This document shows positions 27,601 to 40,204 of a DNA stretch of 64,000 nucleotides, in pieces. Source of the DNA: Octopus sinensis. Its lineage: Eukaryota. The stretch's first letter is position 1; each line of letters begins with the position of its first letter. The notes beneath the pieces are model-generated. The model did no database searches and was not told where the DNA came from. It was given only the letters and a program-made list of their open reading frames with translations. The DNA is taken from positions 14,322,001-14,386,000 of the forward strand of contig NC_042997.1 of the NCBI RefSeq assembly GCF_006345805.1. The letters run 5' to 3'. The translations under genes and the position numbers were made by a program.

Positions 27601-28116
27601 TATAGGTATGCGTAGAATGTGTGCGCGCGCGTGTGTGTGTGTGTGTATGTGTGTGGTGTGTGTGTGACTGTGTGTTTGTGTGTGTGCTAGGATAGTGATA
27701 TTATTTCAAAGTGCTTTTAAGAATAATTGAGCAAATGAAATAAACACCAGAAATGTCTTTGCTACTTCAAGGTCTTCTTTTGATGGAGAAATAAAGCTAT
27801 TGCAATAGTGAAAGTTCTTCCGTATTTTCAACTGTCAGTTCAGGGTTTTACTCTATATCAAGAGTAGAGTCAAATTTACTACGAAGATCAAGTTGCTGGG
27901 AACTGAATTCAGCATATTGGCATGTCCAGTCAGTGTTTGTTGAACAATCCAATTGGGTCGTATGCCAGCTTGTGTGTGTTCTCCTTCACAAGCATCGAGA
28001 CTTCATGAATATTTTAATCAGTATTTTTAAACCAGATTTTCTACATAAAAATCTAGTCTATATGTGGGTATATATATATATACATATATATGCTTGCATT
28101 TTTGTTTGTGTGTTTA

Positions 28117-28343
28117 TACTCTCTTTACTCTTTACTTGTTTCTGGTATTTGACTGTGGTCATGCTGGAGCATCGCCTTTAGTCGTACAAATCTACCCTAG
28201 GACTTATTCTTTGTAAGCCTAGTACTTATTCTATCGGTCTCTTTTGCCGAACTGCTAAGTTACGGGGACGTAAACACACCAGCATCGGTTGTCAAGCGAT
28301 GTTGGGGGGACAAACACACACACAAACATATACACACACGTAC

Positions 28344-28389
<46 letters not shown>

Positions 28390-28565
28390 ATATATACATA
28401 TGTATATATATACGACGAGCTTCTTTCAGTTTCCGTCTGCCGAATCCACTCACAAGGCTTTGGGCGATCCGAGGCTATAGTAGAAGACACTTGCTCAAGG
28501 TGCCACGCAGTGGGACTGAACCCAGAACGATGTGGTTCGTAAGTAAGCACAGCCACTCCTACGCC
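28117..28565 (-). mobile_element. SINE A, full length
   Basis: reverse-complement consensus. Confidence 0.9.
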
Positions 28566-29011
28566 TACATATGTACATATGTATGTAAATATATTTATTT
28601 GTACGCGTATAGTGAGAGAAATAAGATAGACGAAGAGACTAACAGTGAATAAATGTGGGATCCAGAAATGGCGGTAGTTCTTCATAATGAATAGTTTAGA
28701 CATGGAAAATAGGACAGGGGTAATATCGACTACTAACCCGCTTTCAACAGTGGAAAAAAAGAAATTACGTACATAAACAGAAAAAAAATGATTCTGATAT
28801 TTAGTAATACAGGGACAACTCTGGACATATTTCGATATTATTAAATCTCATCAGTGAATCATAGTATAACTCTTAACTAAGTAAAGAGATACTTAGCTAT
28901 TTCATTGGATGAATACTGGTTACTGCTGTAACTTAAAACGCAAATGTACGTTTGTTTCACACAGACAATATAATTTGTATGTATTCTCTTCAGATACAAT
29001 GTGTTGCGTGC

Positions 29012-29139
<128 letters not shown>

Positions 29140-29580
29140 TTTCCCAGTCATTTCTGACGAATGGAAATTTCCTATTGCTTCATACAACTTAGCAATTTTC
29201 CATAAGGGAATGTAATTGCTTCCGCTTACCGTTCTTTTCGCTTTTCTTTTTCCGATGTTTTTATTTGTTTTTCCTTAAATTCTTGTTTTAATTTGAATCA
29301 AGAATGTCTTCAAAATAAACAAGTTGTTACGGCAAAATACGATTTGAAGTGTAAAGTAGTTGTAAAGTAGTGTAAAGACCACTACCAACCATAACATCAG
29401 CCGCACTGACACCAACACCAACACCATCATCACAACAACCAACACCACTAACAACAGCAACAACACTAACCACAACAACAACCACGCTAGTACTAGCACC
29501 AACAGCACTATTACAAGTACGAACATTTCTAACAACAATAACATCGATCACCTTGTCCTCACCACTGCAAATAACAAACC

Positions 29581-29809
29581 TATTTCTTTATTACCCACAA
29601 GGGGCTACACACAGAGGGGACAAACAAGGACAGACAAACGGATTAAGTTGATTACATCGACCCCAGTGCGTAGCTGGTACTTAATTTATCGACCTCGAAA
29701 GGATGAAAGGCAAAGTCAACCTCGGCGGAATTTGAACTCACAACGTAACGCAGACGAAATACCGCTAAGCATTTCGCCCGGCGTGCTAACGTTTCTGCCA
29801 GTTCGCTTT
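29581..29809 (-). mobile_element. SINE B, full length, 12-bp TSD
   Basis: TSD AAATAACAAACC at 29569-29580 and 29810-29821; the empty site is visible in the paralogous copy near 33075-33090. Confidence 0.93.
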
Positions 29810-30231
29810 AAATAACAAACCATCACTTCAACCAACGCTATTAGTAATAACAACACTACCAAGAATAAAGCCAACCGAAGTGACGACAGCACTAAACACC
29901 AAAACCACCAACGCCACCACTAGCACCACAACCACTACCACAAACAACAACAGCAACTATGCTAACACCACCATCGCTAAAACCAACAATAGCAACAACT
30001 ACACTAACACCAACACTAATACTACAACCAACACTGCTAACAAACAGTAATACTATCAACAACATCCTCCACTGCATTTATACCAACACAAGCACCACCA
30101 TCAGTCATCAGTCATCACTATTAAGAACATAACAACATTACTAATATGCAGTTAATAACCACAGTAACCTAATTTGGAATTTCCGAAGTGTTCCTACAAA
30201 ACTGCTGAATCAAAAATAACCAAGTATATTA

Positions 30232-30797
30232 TTGGGTTGTCCGGAAAGTTCGTGCCGATTTATAGAATCTTACCTTTCAACTTATTTTAGAACATGGTTG
30301 AGCCCATAAAATAGGATTTGACTACACCTCCATTTAGAATACAGTTTAAGCTATCTTTTCGTGGAAGAAGGTTTATGTTCTTATAATCTGTGTTAATTCT
30401 GTAACCCTTTAAAGGGGAATATAAGAAAGTTCATTTTGGGCACTTGATGCTTTGGCAACCAGACAAAAATTGCTGCAGCTCGGCTGGGATGTGTTACCCC
30501 ACTCTCCATATTCACCAGATATTGCTCCTTCGGATTTCCACTTATTCACGTCTCTGCAGAATAGTCTTAATGGTAAAAATTTCAATTTCTTGGATGACGT
30601 AAAAAGATACCTTGATGAATTCTTTGCCATGAAAGCACATCAATTCTGGGTAGAGGGTATTTTCAAGTTAAAGGAAAGATGGAAACGCATTGTGCAACAA
30701 AATGCTTCATATTTGGTTGATTAAAAATGTAATGGCAAGTATATATTGACCTTTTTCTTTCCTTTAAAAATCGGCACGAACTTTCCGGACAACCCAA
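30232..30797 (+). mobile_element. Internally deleted mariner element (566 bp)
   Basis: 30-bp perfect TIR TTGGGTTGTCCGGAAAGTTCGTGCCGATTT, TA TSD, C-terminal transposase WDVLPHSPYSPDIAPSDFHLF (ORF 30452-30724). Confidence 0.95.
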
Positions 30798-30924
30798 TAA
30801 CAATAACAACTTGTAACTGAAACAAAAGGTGATGCATTCAGTAAAAAGGCCAATACACGATCGATTAAATCAGTATTTTATCGGTCTTAGAAAGACGGAA
30901 AGCAAACAACTAAACAACTTCAAA

Positions 30925-31145
30925 AATTATAATCCTTTCTAATTTTGGTACAAGGTCATCAGTTTTGAAGGGAGGGGGATAATGGATTACATTGACTCCA
31001 ATACTTGACTGGTACTTTATTTTAGCGACCTCGAAAGGAAGAAACACAAAGTTTGCCTCGGTGGAATTTCCTCTCAAGACGTAATGGGTAGGAAAAATGC
31101 CACTAATTACTTTGTCCAACGTGCTAACGACTCTACCAGCTAACC
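30925..31145 (-). mobile_element. SINE B-related copy (diverged)
   Basis: reverse complement of central domain and head. Confidence 0.7.
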
Positions 31146-31167
31146 ATAATAATAATGATGATGATGC

Positions 31168-31201
<34 letters not shown>

Positions 31202-31226
31202 AATAATAATAATAATAATAATAATA

Positions 31227-31271
<45 letters not shown>

Positions 31272-31289
31272 TAATAATAATATTAATAC

Positions 31290-31868
31290 CTACTTCAGAA
31301 GCAAAGAAAACTGATACAAATAGCCACAAAACACGGACAAAACAAAATATCTGTTTTCTGAAAGCTGACAAATACAAAAAAGAAGGCATAGTACCCAACA
31401 ACTATGAAGAAAAAGAAGAAACAGCAAAAGCTGTAAAACAACTGAAATCCAAACTAAAACTGGAACAGCAATGGATCATCATAAAACGATGGCAAGAAAA
31501 GTCCCTACATGGTAAATATTGGGTTGAGTCAAACAGAAAAGAAATAGAGCAAGCAAAATCTCAACAATGGCTGACAAGCTCAGTACTCAAAGCAGAGACT
31601 GAAGGATTTTTAATTACATCACAAGATCAAAACCTTCCCACCAGAAATTATCAAAAATACACAATGAAAAAAAAAATTACTGCAGAATATGTGGTGATGG
31701 AGAAGAAGCAATAAATCATATTGTCTCTGGCTGCCCAGTCCTGGTTAAGAAGGAATATATTCACAGACATACAGAGTTGAGACCTATATACATTGGAAGC
31801 TATGCCAACACTATGGAATAACAACAGAAAAAAGATGGTATAGGCACACGCCAGAAAAGGTCACTAAC
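31290..31868 (+). mobile_element. R4/Dong-like LINE fragment (region around the CCHC finger)
   Basis: WQEKSLHGKY..SQQWL..LKAETEGFLITSQDQNLPTRNY, then CRICG..EAINHIVSGCPVL..HWKLCQHYGI; follows an (AAT)n array. Confidence 0.85.
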
Positions 31869-31906
31869 TCGCTCACACACACATATTTATACATACATAC
31901 ACACAC

Positions 31907-32043
<137 letters not shown>

Positions 32044-32482
32044 TCCAAAGATCTCGAGATCAAAAACCCAAACACAGGAATACATGATAAATAGTTATTT
32101 AAGCGTTGTAGGAAAAAGAATTTTCGTTTAACGTTTCGAGCAAAGGCCAGTCGTCAAGAAACAAAGTATCAGACTCAATGTTCGTCCTTTCAGCTGTAAG
32201 TGACAGCTGAGCAGACGGAAGTAACAGAGATAGATAATAATGTCTAAGTGAGAAATTGATGTGTATGTGCATATATGATTACTTGTAAATGCATTGTGCT
32301 TGGGTGTGTGTCTTTATCCAGACAAAACTTTATTGTTATCTATGTCTCGTACATTTGCGGTTGACAAATACAGATCGATAAAATAGATTTGAGATAAATC
32401 AACATGATTGACTGAAAGCCTTTGAAGACGGTGTTCCTAATTTGTCACAATCCAGTGACAAAAGCTAATGAAAGAATATACT

Positions 32483-32991
32483 GTGACCTCCTTCGGTCAT
32501 GAATGACCATGGAATTGCACCTAGAGAGTTACCCTCCGAGGCACAAGTCTGGGCAAGGTTGTTTATGGAAGACCAGCAGTCGCCCACGCATACCAACCTC
32601 CCCTCTTTACGCCACCGAAATTATCCAAGGGAAAGGCAAAGGCCGATACAGCTTGGCACCAGTGACGTCGCAGCTCATTTATTAACGTGCAAGTGGCTCA
32701 GCACTCCACAGACATGTGTACCCTTAACGTAGTTCTCAGGGAGATTCAGCATGACCCAGAGTGTGATAAGGCTGGCCCTTTGAAATACAGGTACAACAGA
32801 AACAGGAAGAAAGAGTGAGAGAAAGTTGTGGTGAAAGAGTACAGCAAGATTCACCACCATCCCCTGCCGGAGCCTCGTGGAGCTTTAGGTGTTTTCGCTC
32901 AATAAACACTCACAATGCCCGGTTTGGGAATCGAAACCGCGATCCTACGACCGCGAGTCCGCTGCCCTAACCACTGGGCCATTGCGCCTCC
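32483..32991 (-). mobile_element. Chimeric SINE: family D head and body (32681-32991) plus foreign tail (32483-32680)
   Basis: matches 23788-24100, then switches after CACGTTAAT to an unrelated sequence. Confidence 0.8.
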
Positions 32992-33037
32992 ACAAAGAAT
33001 ATACTAATAAGCATAATATTATTATTATACTAATCCC

Positions 33038-33408
33038 AACAACAATAACATCGATCACCTTGTCCTCACCACTGCAAATAACAAACCATCACTTCAACCA
33101 ACGCTATTAGTAATAACAACACTACCAAGAATAAAGCCAACCGAAGTGACGACAGCACTAAACACCAAAACCACCAACGCCACCACTAGCACCACAACCA
33201 CTACCACAAACAACAGCAACTATACTAACACCACCATCGTTAAAACCAACAATAGCAACTACTACACTAATACTACAACCAACACTGCTAACAAACAGTA
33301 ATACTATCAACAACATCCTCCACTGCATTTATACCAACACAAGCACCACCATCAGTCATCAGTCATCACTATTAAGAACACAACAACATTACTAATATGC
33401 AGTTAATA
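33038..33408 (+). repeat. Copy of 29531-30157 (lacking the SINE) between 24-bp direct repeats
   Basis: near-identical ACC/AAC-rich sequence; GAATATACTAATAAGCATAATATT at 32997-33020 and 33417-33440. Confidence 0.9.
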
Positions 33409-33893
33409 TATTGTTGGAATATACTAATAAGCATAATATTAAGCATTTAAACTGCAGCATTAGAGGGCCGAATGCTTAAGAAGTTCGCTTCAAACTCATT
33501 GACCGCAATGAATGTTATCTTTGGCAAATGTATTTTCGAGATAACTCGTCCTTTGTTGAAATTGGATAAACGAAAACTGTGGGGGAGCATAATGTAATGG
33601 GATTATAGTGAATTTTACTAAGATAATCAATATGTAAGAGGTGTGTCTATTGAAAATATCTCAGGTAAATCAAGTACACGAAAGTAAACTGCCACCCACT
33701 CTGAACACTTCATGTCAAAAATGGAGTCATTGATATGATTGTCATAACTGGAACACCTTTGATAATAAATGTGCCCAAACAAAAAAACGACTATGGATTA
33801 AATAACAACTGTCTCGACAACAATCACTAAGTATCATTGATCGACTGTTTACCCAGAAAATGCTGATAACTTTCATAACTTCCGGTTATTATT

Positions 33894-34209
33894 AAATAAG
33901 TGGAAATCCGAAGGAGCAATATCTGGTGAATATGGAGGGTAGGGTAACACATCCCAGCCGAGCTTCAGCAATTTTTGTCTGGTTGCCAAAGCATCAAGTG
34001 CCGAAAATGAACTTTCTTATCTTCCATTTTAAAGGGTTACAGAATTAACACAGATTATAGGAACATAAACCTTCTTCCACGAAAAGATAGCTTAAACTGT
34101 GCTCTAAATGGAGATGTAGTCAAATCCTATTTTATGGACTCAACCATGTTCTAAAATAAGTCGAAAGTTAAGCTACTATAAATCGGCTCTAACTTTCCGG
34201 ACAACCCAA
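33894..34209 (-). mobile_element. Mariner MITE fragment (5' TIR plus deletion junction)
   Basis: reverse complement of 30232-30550; ATG GAA GAT AAG AAA GTT CAT TTT CGG CAC start. Confidence 0.88.
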
Positions 34210-34601
34210 TATCATATCCTATTCGTGTTGGGAGTTATTGTTGAGAGTCATGCGATGCTCCACTATTTCTCACCTCCATAATTTCAGTTTATCTGTCTGT
34301 CTGACTATCCCAAACATATGCGTGCGTGTGTATACATATATGTATACATACGCACACGCACACATTTAACTTGATGCCTGTGGCTTGTCTCGCATTTCTT
34401 GCTGGAATTTGGTTAGGTCTCGTCAAAACTGTGTGGTATCGCATTCTATTTTTTTTTTTTTTTGACTAATGTTGAGTAAAGCAGGAGAAATTGATTAAAA
34501 ATTAGTCAAAGAAATTGTGTTGTAATGCTGTTATGTATTCTGAGCTCGAATTTTGTAGGGGACGAATAACACGCGGAACTAGCTTTGGGTAATTTGGGTA
34601 A

Positions 34602-34785
34602 TAGAAGTGGCTGTGTGGTATGTAGCTTGCTTACCAATCACATCGTTCCGGGTTCAGTCCCATTGCGTGGCACCTTGGGCAAGTGTCTTCTACTAAAGCC
34701 TCGGACCGACCAAAGCCTTGTGAGTGGATTTGGTAGACGGAAACTGAAAGAAGCCCGTCGTATATATATACACACACACATATAC

Positions 34786-34832
<47 letters not shown>

Positions 34833-35054
34833 CGTGCGTGTGTTTATGTTTGTGTGTCTGTGTTTGTCCCCCCAACATCGCTTGACAGCCGATGCTGGTG
34901 TGTTTACGTCTCCGTAACTTAGCGGTTCGACAAAAGAGACCGATAGAATTTAGGCTTACAAAAGATAAGTCCTGGGGCTGATTTGCTCGATTAAAGGCGG
35001 TGCTCCAGTATAGCCACAGTCAAATGACTGAAACAAGTAAAAGAGTAAAAGAGT
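34602..35054 (+). mobile_element. SINE A, near full length
   Basis: family A consensus. Confidence 0.9.
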
Positions 35055-35124
35055 TATAATATTGACATCGTTTGGACAGTGCTGGTGGAATATTTTCACA
35101 TCATCACAGTGGCGTTGGAGAGAA

Positions 35125-35775
35125 TAGAGCTGCGATCCCAACAATTGGTAGCATACTGGACAAAATGCTTAGCAGCATTTTTTCCGGTTCTATATATGCT
35201 GAGTTCAAATCCTGCCAAAGTTGAATTTACATTTCATCATTTTAGGGTCGATGAAATAAGTACCAGTTGAGTACTGGGGCCGACATAATCGTCTAAACCC
35301 TTACCCTAAGAATTTCTGGTCTTTTACCAAGATTTGAAACTAAGGTCAGCTAGCTGGTAGAATCGTTAGTGCACCGGACAAAAATGTTTAGTGACACTTC
35401 GTCAGTCTTTATGTTCTGAGTTCAAATTCTGCCGAGGCCGACTTAGCTTTTTATCCTTCTGGGGTCAGTAAAATAAGTACCAGTTGAGTGTACCTTCCCT
35501 GATTTTGCTGGTCTTGTGCCAAAATTTGAAATCATCATCATCATCATCATCATTACCATCCTCATCAGAGCTGGCAGAATCGTTAGCACGCTGGGATAAC
35601 TGCTTAGTGGTATTTCCTCTGTCTGCACGTTCTGAGTTTAAATTCTGCCGTGGTCGACTTTGCTTTCCATCCTTTCGAGATCGATGAAATAAGTACCAGT
35701 TGAACACTTGGGTCAATGTAATCGACTCATCCCCTTCCCCAAAATGCTGCTGCCCTTGTGGAAAAATTTGAAGCC
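35125..35775 (+). mobile_element. Three tandem diverged SINE B-related copies
   Basis: B-box and central domain repeated three times. Confidence 0.8.
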
Positions 35776-37720
35776 ATTATTGTTATTATTATTTTCATAT
35801 ACACACAACAGATTAGATTGTTGGAAAAGGAAAAAATCCTAACATCGGGCTACAACAAGTAACCTTAGATGCCAAGGACCTTCCTAAGTATCCAAGCTGT
35901 CCTTAATAACACTGTTTTCTGGAGCTGTACTAAACTGGGTTTTATGCCGATTTTCTCTATCCATCTGTTCAGATCTTTAGGGATAGTTCCCAATACACCT
36001 ATAACTACTGGGATGCATTTTACCTGCACTTTCCATAGTTTCTGAAATTCAATGGCTAGGTCCTGGCGCTTTGCTATCATTCTACACTTCACATTTATCC
36101 CAGCGTGCTAACGATTCTGCCAGCTCTGATGAGGATGGTAATGATGATGATGATGATGATGATTTCAAATTTTGGCACATATTGATATTTTGATCATTTG
36201 GGACTGCAAAGTCAATTATCTGGCAATTTCTATTCTCTTTATCTACTACTACTAAATCAGGCCTTCTAGCTTCTATTTCTCTATCAGTTTGAACGCTAAG
36301 GTCTCAGAATATGTTGTATTTCTAACTTTCTAGTACTTTACTAGGTCCATGTTCATACCATTTATTAGTATGTTCAAACCCTAGCCGTTTGCATATCTCC
36401 CAGTGGATTACTCTCCCTAGATTGTTGTCTTTCATTGTATTCTTTCTGTGGCAGCATGCTACATCCATTTACTATATGAGTAACACTTTTCTATTTTCAT
36501 TTGCATAACCAGCATTGGGAGTCTACTTGGTTTTTGTCTATCTTGGTTTTTATCCAATTAGTCCTTAATGCTTGATCTTGTGCAGCTACTAACAAACTTT
36601 TTGTCTCCCTTTTCGGTTTTTCTTTCTGCAACCATGTATTTGGGTAATTTCAACCAACCAGCGACGTAGCTGATTGCTAGTTTACAGTGTAGAAGGGAGA
36701 GAAAGAGTAAGGAATACATGGTGTTGACTAGAAAGGAAGAAAGGATAAAGGTGGCATCGTCTTCGCTCGCCATACGAATAGAACAGTGGTGATATTTAGT
36801 AGAGATGACCCGGAAGTTGTTCCTCTTCGATTACTATCGCAAATAGCAGTAGAGTTTTTCAACCGGATATACGTCGTTGATTGGTTGAAATTACGCAAAT
36901 ACAACAACTTTAACACGAAATAACTTCTAAAATATGAAATTTGGTCAAAAACGTTCAGAGTAAACAGCGTTCTACGTGAGAAATTCTACCAGTATTCGAA
37001 GTTTCAAACTGTTTAGTTAAAAAAAAAATAATTAAAAAATCTGAGATTAAGATGGTATAGATCCCTTCCTCTTTCGATATTAACTTTCCCTAAGAGTGTG
37101 TCACCTGATATCTGCTTTCCATTTCTTTATGCTAAAGCTAATTAAATCTCTTATGTTATCTGCTATTCTGAATATACTCAAACATTCACTTATCCATGAG
37201 TGTAGGATCATGTCATAGGCTTTCCTATAATCTATCCATGCTATTGTTAGGTTTTTTCTTTTAAGCTTTTACTTCATTTAGAACTACTTTGTGTATATGT
37301 AATAGATCATGCGTTCCTCTTGCCTTCTTTCTACAACCCTTCTGTTTTTCTTGCAGTAAATTCTGGTTGTTAAGGCGCTCAAAAATGCTTTCTGAAAGCA
37401 TTTCCGTTAACAGACCCACACTAATGGCAAGCAAGTGATTGATCTATAGTTGCTAGCTGTATTATCCTTGCTCTTATCTTACCTGATAAATATTGTCCTC
37501 CCTCTAATCATCCAATCTGGTATTATTCCTCCATTAAGGCATTCCTGAAGTTGTTCCCCCAGCCTCCAATGTATACTACTAAATTTCTTTAACCAGTACC
37601 CTTGAACTAAATCTGGTCCTGGGCCCTTCCAATGCGGCATTTTTCCTAACACTTTACTCATTAATGTATTAGCTAATCTTAGATCTGGCTGCTTCTCTCT
37701 CACTATTTCTTTCCTCACTT
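35776..37720 (-). mobile_element. 5'-truncated R4/Dong-like LINE, decayed and interrupted
   Basis: KGPGPDLVQGYWLKKF (RT N-part), LLVAAQDQALRTNW..CWLCK..THIVNGC (CCHC), CQIIDFAVPNDQNI..QDLAIEFQKLW..IPVVIGVLG..LQKTVLL (REL); (AAT)n tail at 35776-35792; (TTA)n array at its 5' edge. Confidence 0.9.
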
Positions 37721-37741
37721 TCTGTAACTATATTGCATCTC

Positions 37742-37810
<69 letters not shown>

Positions 37811-37815
37811 TATTA

Positions 37816-37855
<40 letters not shown>

Positions 37856-38000
37856 TTTTTTTTCTTCTTTCAAATTTGCTTCCATTTCTTGCCGAGTGTC
37901 TTCCCGACTCCTAGGGCAAAGAAACTCATAGTATACATTGGTAGGCCATTAAACCAAACTCAATAGTTCGTTCATTTTTTTTTTATTATTATTATTATTA

Positions 38001-38067
<67 letters not shown>

Positions 38068-38112
38068 CATTACTGCTACTACTATTATTATTATTATCAT
38101 CATTATTATTAT

Positions 38113-38181
<69 letters not shown>

Positions 38182-38185
38182 TATG
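37742..38185. repeat. (TTA)n/(TCA)n arrays
   Basis: direct reading. Confidence 0.97.
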
Positions 38186-38578
38186 ATTATTCAATTAACC
38201 TCTGGTGCGTTTTAATTCTTATAATATTTTGTTTTGTGTCGGGAAGTCACAGTTGTTAAGGCTGAAACCGAACGAACGTGGAAAAGAGGAAGACAATGAC
38301 ATTAGGATCTCTTAATTGAAAAATTCTAAGAATCCAAGTGCATACTTTGTGCAAGATATATCAACATTATTGCGGATGTGTACAGTCAGGCTGAGGTCGT
38401 TGTCGGCAGTTACATCTAAATCTCTATTGTTTGACAATACGAGAAAATCTCCGACCAACACCATTCAAATAATCTTGTTGTTGTTATTGCTGATGCTTAA
38501 CCCCAGGCTACTTCTGTTTGGGCAGACTTATGATAAAAGCGATTCGGCCTCGATCAATATGACTTCTTAGACAGATAT

Positions 38579-38810
38579 ATATTTCTTTACTACCCACAAG
38601 GGGCTAAACACAGAGAGGACAAACAAGGACAGACAAAGGGATTAAGTCGATTACAACGACCCCAGTGCGCAACTGGTACTTAATCTATCGACCCCGAAAG
38701 GATGAAAGGCTAAGTCGACCTCGGCGGAATTTGAACTCAGAACGTAACGGCAGACGAAATACGGCCACGCATTTCGCCCGGCGTCCTAACGTTTCTGCCA
38801 GCTCGCCGCC
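38579..38810 (-). mobile_element. SINE B, full length
   Basis: reverse-complement consensus. Confidence 0.9.
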
Positions 38811-39288
38811 TTTTTATATCTTAGACAGATATAATATATCCGTGTCCTTCTCTTTTGTATATAAATGAAGTAAGAATTGAGAGAAATATTGCTATTATTT
38901 CTTTCAGGTCGAGCGATCGTGTTCAGGCACGCAAGTTCTTTTAAGGTAAAAATTAACCGTGATCTAAATTCTCAGACTAACAGGGTGGATTTTGATCCGC
39001 CCTCCCCAACTAAAAAGTTTGCACTGATTGAAACAATTATCAAGGTGTTACAGGTACTGAAACTTCTCGCGGAATAAACATCTAAAACGTTTCCCATAAT
39101 ACTGTTATTACTATCGTTTTTTTTATCAGTAAAGTAACAACACCTTAATGTGTATGTATGTACACACACACACACAACACATACATATATAAACACAAAC
39201 ATACATACGCCTATATTTATGCGTGTGTACGCGTACACCTGTTTGAACGTGTCTGTGTGTATGAATGTGTTTGAATGCATTTGTGTGT

Positions 39289-39339
<51 letters not shown>

Positions 39340-39717
39340 CGTGGTGTGTGTGTGTGTGTGTGTGTTGGGTGGGGAAACAATAAATGTGCCGACCAACCTT
39401 TTCTTCTATATACAAACACCTGTTTACTTAAACATAATCTGAGAACTCCACCCAACTATGTACCAAACTGTTCAATCCTTTCCAAAATACAGGCTTCTTA
39501 TTTACACTTCCCATACACATTATATACATTTCTAAAAAAAACTAATTTACTCGAAACGTTTGTATTCTCAGTCCTCTGTTTTAATTTCTGAATGCTTTAT
39601 ATGGCTATTGAAAAGACTCTCTTACTGAATTAGTACATTATAACATCAAAAGATGAACGTCAAATTCGGTCTGCGTGGGATTCGAATTGTGGCTGTAAAG
39701 AACGAAAAAAAATTCTA

Positions 39718-39875
39718 CTGCGGCTGTGAGGTAAGTAGCTTGCTTACCAACCACATGGTTCCGGGTTCAGTCCCACTGCGTGGCACCTTGGGCAAGTGTC
39801 TTCTACTATAGCTTCGAGCCGACCAAAGCCTTGTGAGTGGATTAGGTGGACGGAAACTGAAAGAAGCCCGTCGAA

Positions 39876-39948
<73 letters not shown>

Positions 39949-40204
39949 GTGTGTATATATATATTATATATATATACATGTATGTGTGTATATGTTGTGT
40001 GTCTGTGTTTGTCTCCCCAACATCGCTTGACAACCGATGCTGGTGTGTTTACGTCTCCGTAACTTAGCGGTTCGGTAAAAGAGACCGATAGAATAAGTAC
40101 TAGGCTTATAAAGAATAAGACCTGGGTTCGATTTGCTCGACTAAAGGCGGTGCTCCAGCATGGCCACAGTCAAATGACTGCAACAAGTAAAAGAGTAAGA
40201 GAGT
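39718..40204 (+). mobile_element. SINE A, near full length
   Basis: family A consensus. Confidence 0.9.

Larger units (their letters stand above)
25960..27660 (+). repeat. ~850-bp tandem duplication
   Basis: two near-identical units (offset 848-854 bp) bounded by (TG)n tracts. Confidence 0.92.

Noticed and set aside
29150-29172. CTGACGA ATG GAAA as a hammerhead
   Set aside because: Only 3 nt between the core halves; stem II cannot form.
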